In this document: one piece after another, positions 45,554 through 56,939 of the stretch
Layout of the letters: the number at the start of each line of letters is the position of its first letter
Numbering within the stretch: the stretch's first letter is position 1
DNA from: Deltaproteobacteria bacterium
Lineage (GTDB): Bacteria > Myxococcota_A > UBA9160 > UBA4427
DNA: 64,000 nucleotides
Assembly: GCA_029261855.1 (NCBI GenBank)
Contig: JAJDAN010000032.1
Coordinates: forward strand, 325,502-389,501
Reading direction: 5' to 3'
The notes under the pieces: generated by a model
Seen by the model: the letters and a program-made list of their open reading frames with translations, nothing else
Databases searched by the model: none
What the model was told of the DNA's origin: nothing
Made by a program: the position numbers and the translations under genes

Positions 45554-45578
45554 GATCGACTCGATCGACTCGATCGAA
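45554..45578. repeat. 9-bp tandem repeat GATCGACTC x2.7 in the leader of the DUF2339-like gene
   Basis: Read directly, with units at 45554, 45563 and 45572 (partial). The adjacent hairpin CCCGA-ACTC-TCGGG lies at 45582-45595. Confidence 0.6.
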
Positions 45579-45615
45579 GGTCCCGAACTCTCGGGCTGAC
45601 TCGTCCGGCTGGTCT

Positions 45616-45924
45616 TCAGCCTTCGAATACCGTCATGTAGTGCTCGACCACGGGGAAGGGGTCGTAGAACTCGTGCAGCAGCGCCTTCCAGCGTTGGTAG
45701 TCGGGCGACCCACGGAAGCCGACCGTGTGGCTTTCGAGATCATCCCACCAGACGAGCAGCAGGTAGCGGTCCTCGGCTTCTGCGCAGTGCCGCAGCTCGT
45801 GGCGCTGGTAGCCGGGCATGCCCCCGATGATTTGCTGGGCTTCGGCGAAGGCCGCCTCGAAGGCGTCGCGCGCGTTCGGGCGGAGGTTCAGGATCGCGAC
45901 TTCGAGGGTGGCGTCCGCAGACAT
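45616..45924 (-). CDS. antibiotic-biosynthesis-monooxygenase (ABM / Dabb fold) domain protein
   Basis: 102 aa. The ...F..AF.EA...I....GY....L.......YLLLV.W..LE.H..GFR.S..Y..W pattern is typical of ABM domains. Confidence 0.8.
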   Translation of the reverse strand: MSADATLEVAILNLRPNARDAFEAAFAEAQQIIGGMPGYQRHELRHCAEAEDRYLLLVWWDDLESHTVGFRGSPDYQRWKALLHEFYDPFPVVEHYMTVFEG

Positions 45925-45934
45925 GCGCGCGAGT

Positions 45935-48106
45935 CTAGCCGTGATTTCTCCGGCGGGTGCTCGCGCGCGCGAGCCGGGCGACGGTCGCCAGTGCGAACAC
46001 GCCGAGCCACCCGGCGCCCGGTTCGGGTGCCGGCACGGGGGCGAGCGCCGTGATGGGATCGCTACCGGTCACCCCCACGACCGTCCAGGGGATCACCGGC
46101 GCTTCGACGACGGGTCTGGCACCCGACCCCCCACCGCCCAGGTAGGGGGCCCAACCCGCGATGATGAGACCCCCGGTGCTGCCGTAGAAGCGACCCGTGT
46201 CCACGTCGAGCGACATTCCCTCGAGATTCGTTCCCGGGTAGGTCCCCACCTTCTCTGCTGCGCCGGTGTCGAGGTCGTCGAGTCGGTAGACGTCCTGGAG
46301 GTTCGTGAAGTAGACACTGTCGTCGCCCGGGACGTAGTGTGACCCCCCGACGTTTCCCAGCGCTCCCGTCGCAGTCGTGATCGTGGAACGCAGGACGACG
46401 GTCTGCATGTCCAGGTCGATGTCGTACAGATCGCCCTGCCGGGTGATCGCAACGAGCTCATCGTCACTTGTGAAGAACAGCGAGACCAGCTGGTCCAGCT
46501 TCGCGTCCTCGATGAGGAGAAGCGCCCCAAGGATGTCGAACACGCCGCCGGGGGTGGTCGTTCCGCCGCCCGCCAGCAGGTTGGCGGACGGGTCGAACGC
46601 CAGCGCCTGGATGTCCTGCTCGTCCGTCGTGGCAAGGGGCATGACCGCGAAGTCGCGAGTCCGGTACTCGTTGATCTCGGTCTCGTCCGGGAGGGTGCGC
46701 GCCGCGACCAGACTCGTCGCGCCGCCGCGAAGCACGTCGACCTGGGACAAGCTCGTGATCCCGAGCAGGGTCTCTCCCTGATCGCTGAAGATCGACGCGA
46801 TGGAGAACGCCGTGCCGCCGACCCCGGCCGCGGCGCCGTTCCAGCCCGACAAGCGGTTGACCCCGCGGACGTTGAGCGAATCGGTTCCCAGCATGTCGAC
46901 GCCCTCGCGAACGAACGCGACCCAGGACGGGTCGGCGGCATCGAGGTCGTGGATCGCCTGGATGCGATCGCCCTCGGCCGTGACCTGGCCGGTGACCACG
47001 AAAGGGTGGTCGTAGGCGAGGTAGTCATAGGTATCCACGGTACTCAGCGAGTCCGCGGCGGGATCACCCGTCTTGCCGCCAAAGACCGGCAGGAAGTTCC
47101 CCGGACCGATCACCAGTACGATGAACTGGTTGCCGAGGTTGGTCAGGATGATCGCGGATGTGATGCCCGTCTCATCGTCGACATCGAAGCTCTCGACGGA
47201 CGCGACGGTCTCGCCGGGAATGCCTCCCGGAACGTCGTCTCCAGGGAGGATGAGGGCTTCGATGTCGTACTGAGTGGGCGCGATCTGGCTGCGAGTCGCA
47301 AGCAGAAGTGCGTCGGCCCCTCCGGCGGTGATGGCGCTCAGAACTACTTGCGGGTCTTCTGGTGGTGCCAGGAACTGGTAGTCGGTTCCTCCGACGAAGC
47401 CTGCGAGCTGGCCGCTACCGAAGGCAGCGGATGCGAACGGCGAGCAGTCATCGCTTGCCGTGCAGCTCGCCACGGCTAGATAGTCGGTCAGGTCGAGCCG
47501 CGCGGTCACCGCCACGGAGAAGCCGGCACTCGTCCCGCCGAGCCCGACCGCCTGGAGGTTCACGAGCTTCGTGGATCCGGCGAGGAAGTCCGAAGGCAGA
47601 AGAGCCGGCCCGACCTGCCAGGCCTCGCTCGAAGTGTCGAAGGCGCCGAGCACCATGCGATCGTCCGCGAAGCCGTTGCACTGCGTGGTGACCGCGATGA
47701 CGTCCGCCGCGCTCTTGGCTTTGACGAAGAAGGGATCGGCGCACCCGGCCACGGCGACGCCGGTCTGTACGACAGGGATGCCGGCTTCGCTCACGACCCG
47801 CCAGTTGTCGAGCGCGTCGCGACAGAGATCGATCTCGTACCAGTTGACCTTCGCCTGGCTCAAGGCGTCGAGGGTCACCACGGCCGATGCCGGCGTCGCC
47901 GTCTCGCCTGGACCGCATTGCGGGGTCGGGTCCGGAGCCCCGTCCACGCTGAACGAGGCGTCGAGACTCAGCCCGACACCCGAATCGATCTGCGTGAACG
48001 GGATGCCCGCGATGGACACCTGGTTGGTGGCTTCGCCCGGTCCCGTGGTGAGGACCGTCGCAGTGACGATCGTCGTCGTAACGAGGGCGAAGACTGCCCG
48101 GCGCAT
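45935..48106 (-). CDS. large secreted protein with a variant PEP-CTERM-like C-terminal anchor
   Basis: 723 aa with signal-like N-terminus MRRAVFALVTTTIVTATVL. The C-terminal third has LYDIDLD...TG..., YRLDDLDTGAAEKVGTYPG and GMSLDVDTGRFYG repeats, reminiscent of beta-propeller blades. It ends VPAPEPGAGWLGVFALATVARLARASTRRRNHG*. Confidence 0.65.
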   Translation of the reverse strand: MRRAVFALVTTTIVTATVLTTGPGEATNQVSIAGIPFTQIDSGVGLSLDASFSVDGAPDPTPQCGPGETATPASAVVTLDALSQAKVNWYEIDLCRDALDNWRVVSEAGIPVVQTGVAVAGCADPFFVKAKSAADVIAVTTQCNGFADDRMVLGAFDTSSEAWQVGPALLPSDFLAGSTKLVNLQAVGLGGTSAGFSVAVTARLDLTDYLAVASCTASDDCSPFASAAFGSGQLAGFVGGTDYQFLAPPEDPQVVLSAITAGGADALLLATRSQIAPTQYDIEALILPGDDVPGGIPGETVASVESFDVDDETGITSAIILTNLGNQFIVLVIGPGNFLPVFGGKTGDPAADSLSTVDTYDYLAYDHPFVVTGQVTAEGDRIQAIHDLDAADPSWVAFVREGVDMLGTDSLNVRGVNRLSGWNGAAAGVGGTAFSIASIFSDQGETLLGITSLSQVDVLRGGATSLVAARTLPDETEINEYRTRDFAVMPLATTDEQDIQALAFDPSANLLAGGGTTTPGGVFDILGALLLIEDAKLDQLVSLFFTSDDELVAITRQGDLYDIDLDMQTVVLRSTITTATGALGNVGGSHYVPGDDSVYFTNLQDVYRLDDLDTGAAEKVGTYPGTNLEGMSLDVDTGRFYGSTGGLIIAGWAPYLGGGGSGARPVVEAPVIPWTVVGVTGSDPITALAPVPAPEPGAGWLGVFALATVARLARASTRRRNHG

Positions 48107-48295
48107 GCCCCCGATTCTACGCCTGCGGTCCGCGTCGGGGTTGCTATGTGCAAGCAGATTCGCAGTTTTCCTGGATCCCTGTGGGGCTACCCAGGCTGAG
48201 CGAGCGCTGGGTCGTCTCTCAACGGTGTAGGCCTGTCCGGAGCAATCCCCATCGTCTCGTCGCTGTCCCGCAGAACGCGCGGTCGCGGGCGCCCC

Positions 48296-48676
48296 TCAGT
48301 CCCGATAGGTCGAGATCCACCAGGTGTTGCCGAATGCGTCCTTGATGCCGGCGCTGCGTTCGGAATAATGCTTGTCCTCGGGTGCGGCGATGGACTCGGC
48401 GCCGGCCGCGATCGCCCGGGCGTAGGTGGCGTCGGTGTCTTCGACGTAGACATACACGGACGCGATGGTGGGCGTGACGTCCGGGGGCAGGTCGCCGGCT
48501 TCGACGACGAGGACGGCGTCGCCGATCTCGAGTTCGACGTGGGCGCTGCGCTCACCCATGTCGTGGCGCTCGAGTACCCGCGCGCCGAAGACCTCCTCGA
48601 CGAAGTCCGGTAGCTCGTAGTGGCCGAACAGGTAGGGCCGCACCGTGCCGCGGCCGTGACGCACGTGCTTCGACAT
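48296..48676 (-). CDS. VOC / glyoxalase-family protein (PhnB-like)
   Basis: Internal ATG 48676, 5 nt after GGAGG. 126 aa. Has RPYLF...HVELEIGDAVLVV...YVYVEDTDATYARAIAAGAESI..PEDK.Y.ERSAGIKDAFGNTWWI. Confidence 0.8.
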   Translation of the reverse strand: MSKHVRHGRGTVRPYLFGHYELPDFVEEVFGARVLERHDMGERSAHVELEIGDAVLVVEAGDLPPDVTPTIASVYVYVEDTDATYARAIAAGAESIAAPEDKHYSERSAGIKDAFGNTWWISTYRD

Positions 48677-49039
48677 GGATCCTCCGAATCGAGGTTGGCT
48701 TCGGGTACGAGAATGCCCGGGGTCGGGTACCACCGGCAGATTGTCTGCATACGGGCTCAGGCTTGCCAGCCCGGTGGCCGAGAAGGGGGTTGGTGGCAAG
48801 CGCGTCCTGGACGCGCTACCCACTGGCGCAACGCGGGCCATCGGCCCGTTCCGCGGCGACAACAGGACCTCCTGCTCTCGAGTCTAGAGAGCCCCTCCCA
48901 AGGTCTCGCCGCCCATTCTTCGATCTTACCCATCTCTGTTGTACGGGTCGGAACGCAAACGACCGCGTGGTGTGTCCAGCTGCGTCTTGGAAGACAGCGG
49001 CAGGACGCAACCGGCGCGGTGGAGACCCAGCTCATTCTC

Positions 49040-50485
49040 ATGGCTGCACCTTTGAACGTGAACCAAAGCAACGACAACACCTCCTCCGACACGACCGGCG
49101 GCTTCGACCGATTCCGCTTCCACGTGTCCATCCTGCGCGGCATCGAAGCCGCCGGCTTCAAGAACCCCCGGCCCATCCAGGCCGACACGATCCCCGCCGC
49201 TCTCGAAGGCCGCGACGTGCTGGGCCTCGCCCAGACGGGCACCGGCAAGACGGCGGCGTTCGCGCTGCCCCTGCTCGACCGGTTCCAGCGCAAGCGGGGT
49301 CGCGGACCGCGCGCCCTGGTGCTTGCACCGACGCGCGAGCTCGCCACCCAGATCGATGCGGAGATCCGCCTGCTGGCACGCTTCACCAAGCTGCAGGTGG
49401 TCAGCATCTACGGCGGCGTCCCCGTTGGACGCCAGCGACAAGCCCTGCGCCGCGACCCCGAGATCGTGGTCGGCTGTCCGGGCCGGATCCTCGACCTGAT
49501 CGGCCAGCGGGCCCTGCGCCTCGACAACATCGAGACGCTGGTGCTCGACGAAGCCGACCACATGTTCGACATGGGCTTCCTGCCCGACCTCAAGCGCATC
49601 CTCTCGCAGCTGCCGGCCAAGCGTCAGAACCTGCTCTTCTCGGCCACCATGCCCCGGGAGATCCGCGGTCTGGCCGACGACGTGCTGCGCGACCCGAAGG
49701 TCGTCGAGCTGACGAGAACGGGCCCGGCCGAGACCATCGAGCATGTGCTCGTGCCGGTCGCCGAGGACCGCAAGCGCGACCTGCTCGAGTACCTGCTGGA
49801 AGAGGACGACTGCCAGTCGGCCATCGTCTTCACCCGCACCAAGCACCGTGCACGGCGCCTCGCCGAGCAGCTCGACCGGGCCGGCTTCCGGGCCATCGCG
49901 CTGCAGGGAAACATGAGCCAGGCCCAGCGAGACCGGGCCATGGGCGGCTTCCGCAAGCGTCAGTTCGACGTGCTCGTGGCAACCGACATCGCCGCTCGCG
50001 GCATCGACGTCCAGGGTGTTTCGCATGTCATCAACTACGACGTGCCGAACACTCCCGAAGCCTACACGCACCGCATCGGTCGAACGGGCCGCGCCGAGCT
50101 CGAAGGTCGGGCCATCACCTTCGGCACCCGCGAAGACGGCGTCTGGCTGCGGGACACGGAGCGAAAGCTCGGCGAGCCGATCACGCGACGCCAGGTGGAA
50201 GGCTTCGAGGGCGAGAAGATCGAGACCGGCCGTGGTGGCAACAACCGGAACCGAAGCGGTGGCCGAGGCGGCGCTCGCGCAGGTGGCGGACGTTCTTCGG
50301 GCAACCGATCCGGTGGCAATCGCCCGGCGGCGAACCGATCCGGCGGCAACGCGGGTTCGAAGCCGCGGTCGAAGTCCGGGTCTGACGAAGGCAGCAACCG
50401 GCCGCGCCGCAGCCGACCCCGTCGCTCGGGTGGTTCCAGTTCCGGTGGCTCCCGGGGTGCAAGCCCCAGCGGCCGAGGTCGCTGA
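49040..50485 (+). CDS. rhlE: DEAD-box ATP-dependent RNA helicase (RhlE-like) with an Arg/Gly/Ser-rich tail
   Basis: 481 aa. Q motif GFKNPRPIQ, motif I AQTGTGKTAAF, motif II DEADHM, motif III SAT, motif VI HRIGRTGRA. The C-terminal roughly 90 aa are RGG/SGG low-complexity. Confidence 0.95.
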   Translation: MAAPLNVNQSNDNTSSDTTGGFDRFRFHVSILRGIEAAGFKNPRPIQADTIPAALEGRDVLGLAQTGTGKTAAFALPLLDRFQRKRGRGPRALVLAPTRELATQIDAEIRLLARFTKLQVVSIYGGVPVGRQRQALRRDPEIVVGCPGRILDLIGQRALRLDNIETLVLDEADHMFDMGFLPDLKRILSQLPAKRQNLLFSATMPREIRGLADDVLRDPKVVELTRTGPAETIEHVLVPVAEDRKRDLLEYLLEEDDCQSAIVFTRTKHRARRLAEQLDRAGFRAIALQGNMSQAQRDRAMGGFRKRQFDVLVATDIAARGIDVQGVSHVINYDVPNTPEAYTHRIGRTGRAELEGRAITFGTREDGVWLRDTERKLGEPITRRQVEGFEGEKIETGRGGNNRNRSGGRGGARAGGGRSSGNRSGGNRPAANRSGGNAGSKPRSKSGSDEGSNRPRRSRPRRSGGSSSGGSRGASPSGRGR

Positions 50486-50492
50486 CCCGCAG

Positions 50493-51092
50493 ATGACGCC
50501 CGGCACGCGCAAGCGCGAGCGAGGCATCTGGCCGGCGATCCGCCGCCGCCTCGGCCACAGCTACTTGTGGCTGATCGGCTGGCGGATCGAGGGCATCATC
50601 CCTTCCGAGCCGAAGTACGTGGCGATCGCCGCCCCGCATACGTCCTATTGGGACTTCCCGCACATGATCGCCTTCGCGTTCGCGACGGACCAACACGTCT
50701 CGTTCCTGATGAAGGCGTCCATGTTCGTGGGGCCCTTCGGCATCTTGTTCCGCGGCCTCGGCGGTATCCCCGTCGACCGCAGCGGCGCATTCGGCCTGGT
50801 GGATTCGGTGGTGCGCGAGTTCGAGAAGAACGAGCGCCTCATCGTCGTTGTCGCACCGGAAGGTTCGCGTTCCAAGCGCGATCACTGGAAGAGCGGCTTC
50901 TACCACATCGCCATGAAGGCCGATGTACCCATCGCCCTTGGCTTCATGGACTACGGCCGCAAGATCGTCGGATACGGGCCGCTCCTCTTCCCGAGCGGAG
51001 ACGAGCAGGGCGACGCGTCCATGCTCGCCGACTTCTACGACGACAAGCACGGCAGGCACCCGGACCAGGAAACGCCGCCTTCTTTCGGCTGA
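50493..51092 (+). CDS. PlsC-type acyltransferase
   Basis: ATG 7 nt after the helicase stop. 199 aa. Has HTSYWD (HX4D), FLMKASMF..P.....RGLGGIPVDR and VAPEGSRS blocks. Confidence 0.8.
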   Translation: MTPGTRKRERGIWPAIRRRLGHSYLWLIGWRIEGIIPSEPKYVAIAAPHTSYWDFPHMIAFAFATDQHVSFLMKASMFVGPFGILFRGLGGIPVDRSGAFGLVDSVVREFEKNERLIVVVAPEGSRSKRDHWKSGFYHIAMKADVPIALGFMDYGRKIVGYGPLLFPSGDEQGDASMLADFYDDKHGRHPDQETPPSFG

Positions 51093-51111
51093 GTACCTGT
51101 TCGCCCGGTGC

Positions 51112-51255
51112 CTAGGGCTCCATCGTCTCCGCCGCATCGGGCAGAGCGGTCGGGTCGGATTCATCGAGGCTCGACAGGTAGGCGAACATCGCTGCCAGCA
51201 TGAGTACGACGGCGACGATCACCTGCCATCGCTTCCGATTCGGCTGTTGCGTCAT
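51112..51255 (-). CDS. candidate 47-aa single-TM micro-protein
   Basis: ATG 51255 lies 16 nt after the stop of the SLC4-like gene and 5 nt after GGGAGA. The sequence is MTQQPNRKRWQVIVAVVLMLAAMFAYLSSLDESDPTALPDAAETMEP. Third-codon positions are mostly G/C. No homology evidence. Confidence 0.35.
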   Translation of the reverse strand: MTQQPNRKRWQVIVAVVLMLAAMFAYLSSLDESDPTALPDAAETMEP

Positions 51256-51271
51256 CCCTTTCTCCCTGGGG

Positions 51272-52837
51272 TCAGGCGTGCAGGTCGGTTCCGCGTTCGA
51301 GCACCTCGCCCGGGTCTTCGTCGCTGTCGAGCGCGGCAAGGTCTTCCGGGTCGAACAGTCGCGTCAGGCTGAGTCGCAGCGGCACCAGCGCCGCGATCAG
51401 GATGGGAAACAGGATCCCGAGCGGGCTGGTCTTGAGGATCCACAGTGAAGCCAGTGCCGCAAGTTGAATGGCGGTGAAGCGGTGGATCACCGCGTGCCGC
51501 ACCCGCTGCACGTAGTGGCTCTGCGGGTAGAGCTTCGGGTCGGTGACCCACAGCCGCAGGCGTTCGAAGAAATCGTTGCCGCCAAGTGTCGCGAAGCCCA
51601 TGTAGAGGAACAGCCCGAACAGCACCGCCATCGGGATCATGCGGATGAGCGGCAGCATCAGAATCGAAACCGCGATACCCACGTGGATGGTGAGGGGCGA
51701 CATGCGATTCTCGCGCACGGATACGATCCGCGTTCGCGCGCTCGCGCCCGTCCCGACGACCTCCGTCGTTGCCAGGCTCTTCACGTGATTCAGGGCATGC
51801 ACGGTGGCCGCGACGATCCATGGCAGCCCGAACAGCGAGCACGCCGCCGTGATGACCGCCACGACCGCCAGGTCGAGGTGGAAGCCGGGCCCCTTCTTCA
51901 GCCGGTGCGCAGGATTGTTGACGAGGCGCGTCGTGATGTTCTGATCCAGAAAGAGCAGGATCGTTGCAAGCAGCGCGGGACCCGCCGACGCCAGGATCGC
52001 CCACAGCGGAAGGCTCCCGAGCACGACCAGCCAGGGCCTCCCGGTGGTCGTCGCGAAGCGCTCGGGAACTGCGGCTGGCTCGAGGCCGACCTCCGGCATG
52101 GCCACCGCGAACCCGGTCATGAGCGAGATCGCGATCGCGGGCCCGAAGTCCGAGATCATCTCGCGAACGCGCAGCCACAGGTACGGGGTGTTCGAAAAGG
52201 CCTTCAAGCTGCGGGACACCATGTAGGTTCCCAGCGCCAGCACCAGGGTCATGAGCGCCCGCGCATCGACCTCGATGGTGCCCATCTCGCGAAAGCTGCC
52301 GACCACCGAAGACACGGCTTCTACGATGAAGATCACCGCGATCAGCACCGCGAAGATCTCGTCGGTGAAGCGCGTGAAGAAGCGCATCAGCGCGCTGGCG
52401 TCGGTAGCGGCCAGGATGAACATGAAGAGCCCGGACCACAGACCGACCCAGGCATACACCGGCAGGAAGGGAAGCTCGAGCTGGCGGCAGGACGTGTAGA
52501 GCAGCCCGGTGAAGATCACGATGGGCCCGGTCCCGCCGAGGATGGTGAGCGGTTGGCCGGAAAAGAGCGCGAACAGGATGCCGCCGCCCGCCGTGGCGAC
52601 GATCATCTCGACCACGCCGATCTCGCCGCCGGTGACGACGCCCGTCAGGCCGCCGAAGGCCACCGCATTCGCGAGGCAGGCGAAGAAGAGGAAGAGGGCC
52701 GACCCGGCGACCTTCGGGTGCAGGCCGTCCCGGAAGTCAGAGCCGTAGTAGGGCAGGCGCCGGCGGAGATCGTCGAGCAGCCCACCGAAGGGACGGCGGG
52801 TCCAGGTGAGGCCGTCGTCGGGAGTCTCCTGGGCCAA
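51272..52837 (-). CDS. SLC4 / HCO3-transporter-family anion transporter (band-3 / BOR1-like)
   Basis: TTG start. 521 aa. RRPFGGLLDDLRRRLPYYGSDFRDG...FLFFACLANAVAFGGL...GVVEMIVATAGGGILFALFSGQPLTILGGTGPIVIF aligns by eye almost residue for residue with the start of the eukaryotic AE1/BOR membrane domain. Confidence 0.88.
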   Translation of the reverse strand: MAQETPDDGLTWTRRPFGGLLDDLRRRLPYYGSDFRDGLHPKVAGSALFLFFACLANAVAFGGLTGVVTGGEIGVVEMIVATAGGGILFALFSGQPLTILGGTGPIVIFTGLLYTSCRQLELPFLPVYAWVGLWSGLFMFILAATDASALMRFFTRFTDEIFAVLIAVIFIVEAVSSVVGSFREMGTIEVDARALMTLVLALGTYMVSRSLKAFSNTPYLWLRVREMISDFGPAIAISLMTGFAVAMPEVGLEPAAVPERFATTTGRPWLVVLGSLPLWAILASAGPALLATILLFLDQNITTRLVNNPAHRLKKGPGFHLDLAVVAVITAACSLFGLPWIVAATVHALNHVKSLATTEVVGTGASARTRIVSVRENRMSPLTIHVGIAVSILMLPLIRMIPMAVLFGLFLYMGFATLGGNDFFERLRLWVTDPKLYPQSHYVQRVRHAVIHRFTAIQLAALASLWILKTSPLGILFPILIAALVPLRLSLTRLFDPEDLAALDSDEDPGEVLERGTDLHA

Positions 52838-52934
52838 CGGTCGAAAGTCCTCCCCATCTTCGCGCTCGCGGGTTCAGCAGGGCGCCGCAGCATACGCGAT
52901 CTGGCACCGGGCGCGCTGCGTGGGGGTGCTGTGA

Positions 52935-53422
52935 TCATCGGCCGGAACTCGGTGGGTAGCTCCGCCCCGCGTGACGGCTCTTGGGGGGCCACTCGACCTG
53001 CACCACGTTTCGCATGGCCTCCTCGCCTCCGGGATCGGACACGTAGAAGCTCAACTGTCGTTCGCCTTGGTACAAGCGGACTAGCGCCTTGTCCACCTCG
53101 TATCGGTCCACGACGCGATACTCGAACGGCCGAGTCGTATCGATTCGGGCTACGAGTTCCTCGTCGTCATACTGGCGGATGCACCCCTCCGCCAGCTCGA
53201 GCCGCCGTCCCGGGGCGGCGCCCGATCGAGAAACAGAGCCCGAGACACTGCTACCAGGACCGCGAAACACGGGATTCCGTAGAGGACAATGGTCGACCAC
53301 GAGCCAAAGGCTCCAACATAGGCTGCCAGCATCGGGATCAGCACCGTGCCTGTGACTGCAGCGGCTACCCCCGGCTCGAGTGCGGTCTTGCGCGTAGGCC
53401 TGACTGTGGCCCAGTCGCTCAT
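52935..53422 (-). pseudogene. possible frameshifted gene: 2-TM N-terminus joined to a soluble C-terminal domain (two overlapping ORFs)
   Basis: ORF 53150..53482 from ATG 53422 reads MSDWATVRPTRK...IPMLAAYVGAFGSWSTIVLYGIPCFAVLVAVSRALF and is protein-like only down to about 53225. ORF 52935..53300 is protein-like only from about 53215 (LELAEGCIRQYDDEELVARIDTTRPFEYRVVDRYEVDKALVRLYQGERQLSFYV...). The frames swap in the G/C run at 53207-53226. Confidence 0.3.
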
Positions 53423-53459
53423 ACTGACGCCTAACGGAACCGGATCGGCGTGCTCGCCG

Positions 53460-53732
53460 CTAGCCTTCGGACGGGGGATCACTCTTGCGCTCCCGGCGCG
53501 CGGCCCATCGCCAGAAGTAGACGAGAACGAGTATCGGCCAGAGCACGCCGAGGACCCCGTAGACTACCGTCCACGCGAGATCCGCGTACGGGCCCAACCG
53601 ATCTGGAAGATCGAGCTCCCACGCGACCCACCCAGCAATCGCGAGCGCGCTCGCGATCCTCAGGGGTGTTCGCAAGGTCGTTGCGAGAACTCGATCGATA
53701 CGGGCCGCGCTTCCCTCATTGTCGAGTCGCAT
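53460..53732 (-). CDS. candidate small 2-TM membrane protein
   Basis: ATG 53732 (a GTG at 53750 is also possible). Reads MRLDNEGSAARIDRVL...LRIASALAIAGWVAWEL...LAWTVVYGVLGVLWPILVLVYFWRWAARRERK. No homology evidence. Lies in a lower-GC patch. Confidence 0.35.
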   Translation of the reverse strand: MRLDNEGSAARIDRVLATTLRTPLRIASALAIAGWVAWELDLPDRLGPYADLAWTVVYGVLGVLWPILVLVYFWRWAARRERKSDPPSEG

Positions 53733-53798
53733 AGAACCCCAACCGGGCACTCAGTGGCGCTACTGTCAGGATCGGCGCGAAGCAGTCGGGCCGATCCT

Positions 53799-56939
<3,141 letters not shown>

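Noticed and set aside
48780-48850. Cobalamin-riboswitch-like CCCACTGG string in the helicase/VOC intergenic region.
   Set aside because: Only a partial resemblance to the GCCACTG B12 box. None of the other conserved riboswitch elements was seen, and the downstream gene is not B12-related.
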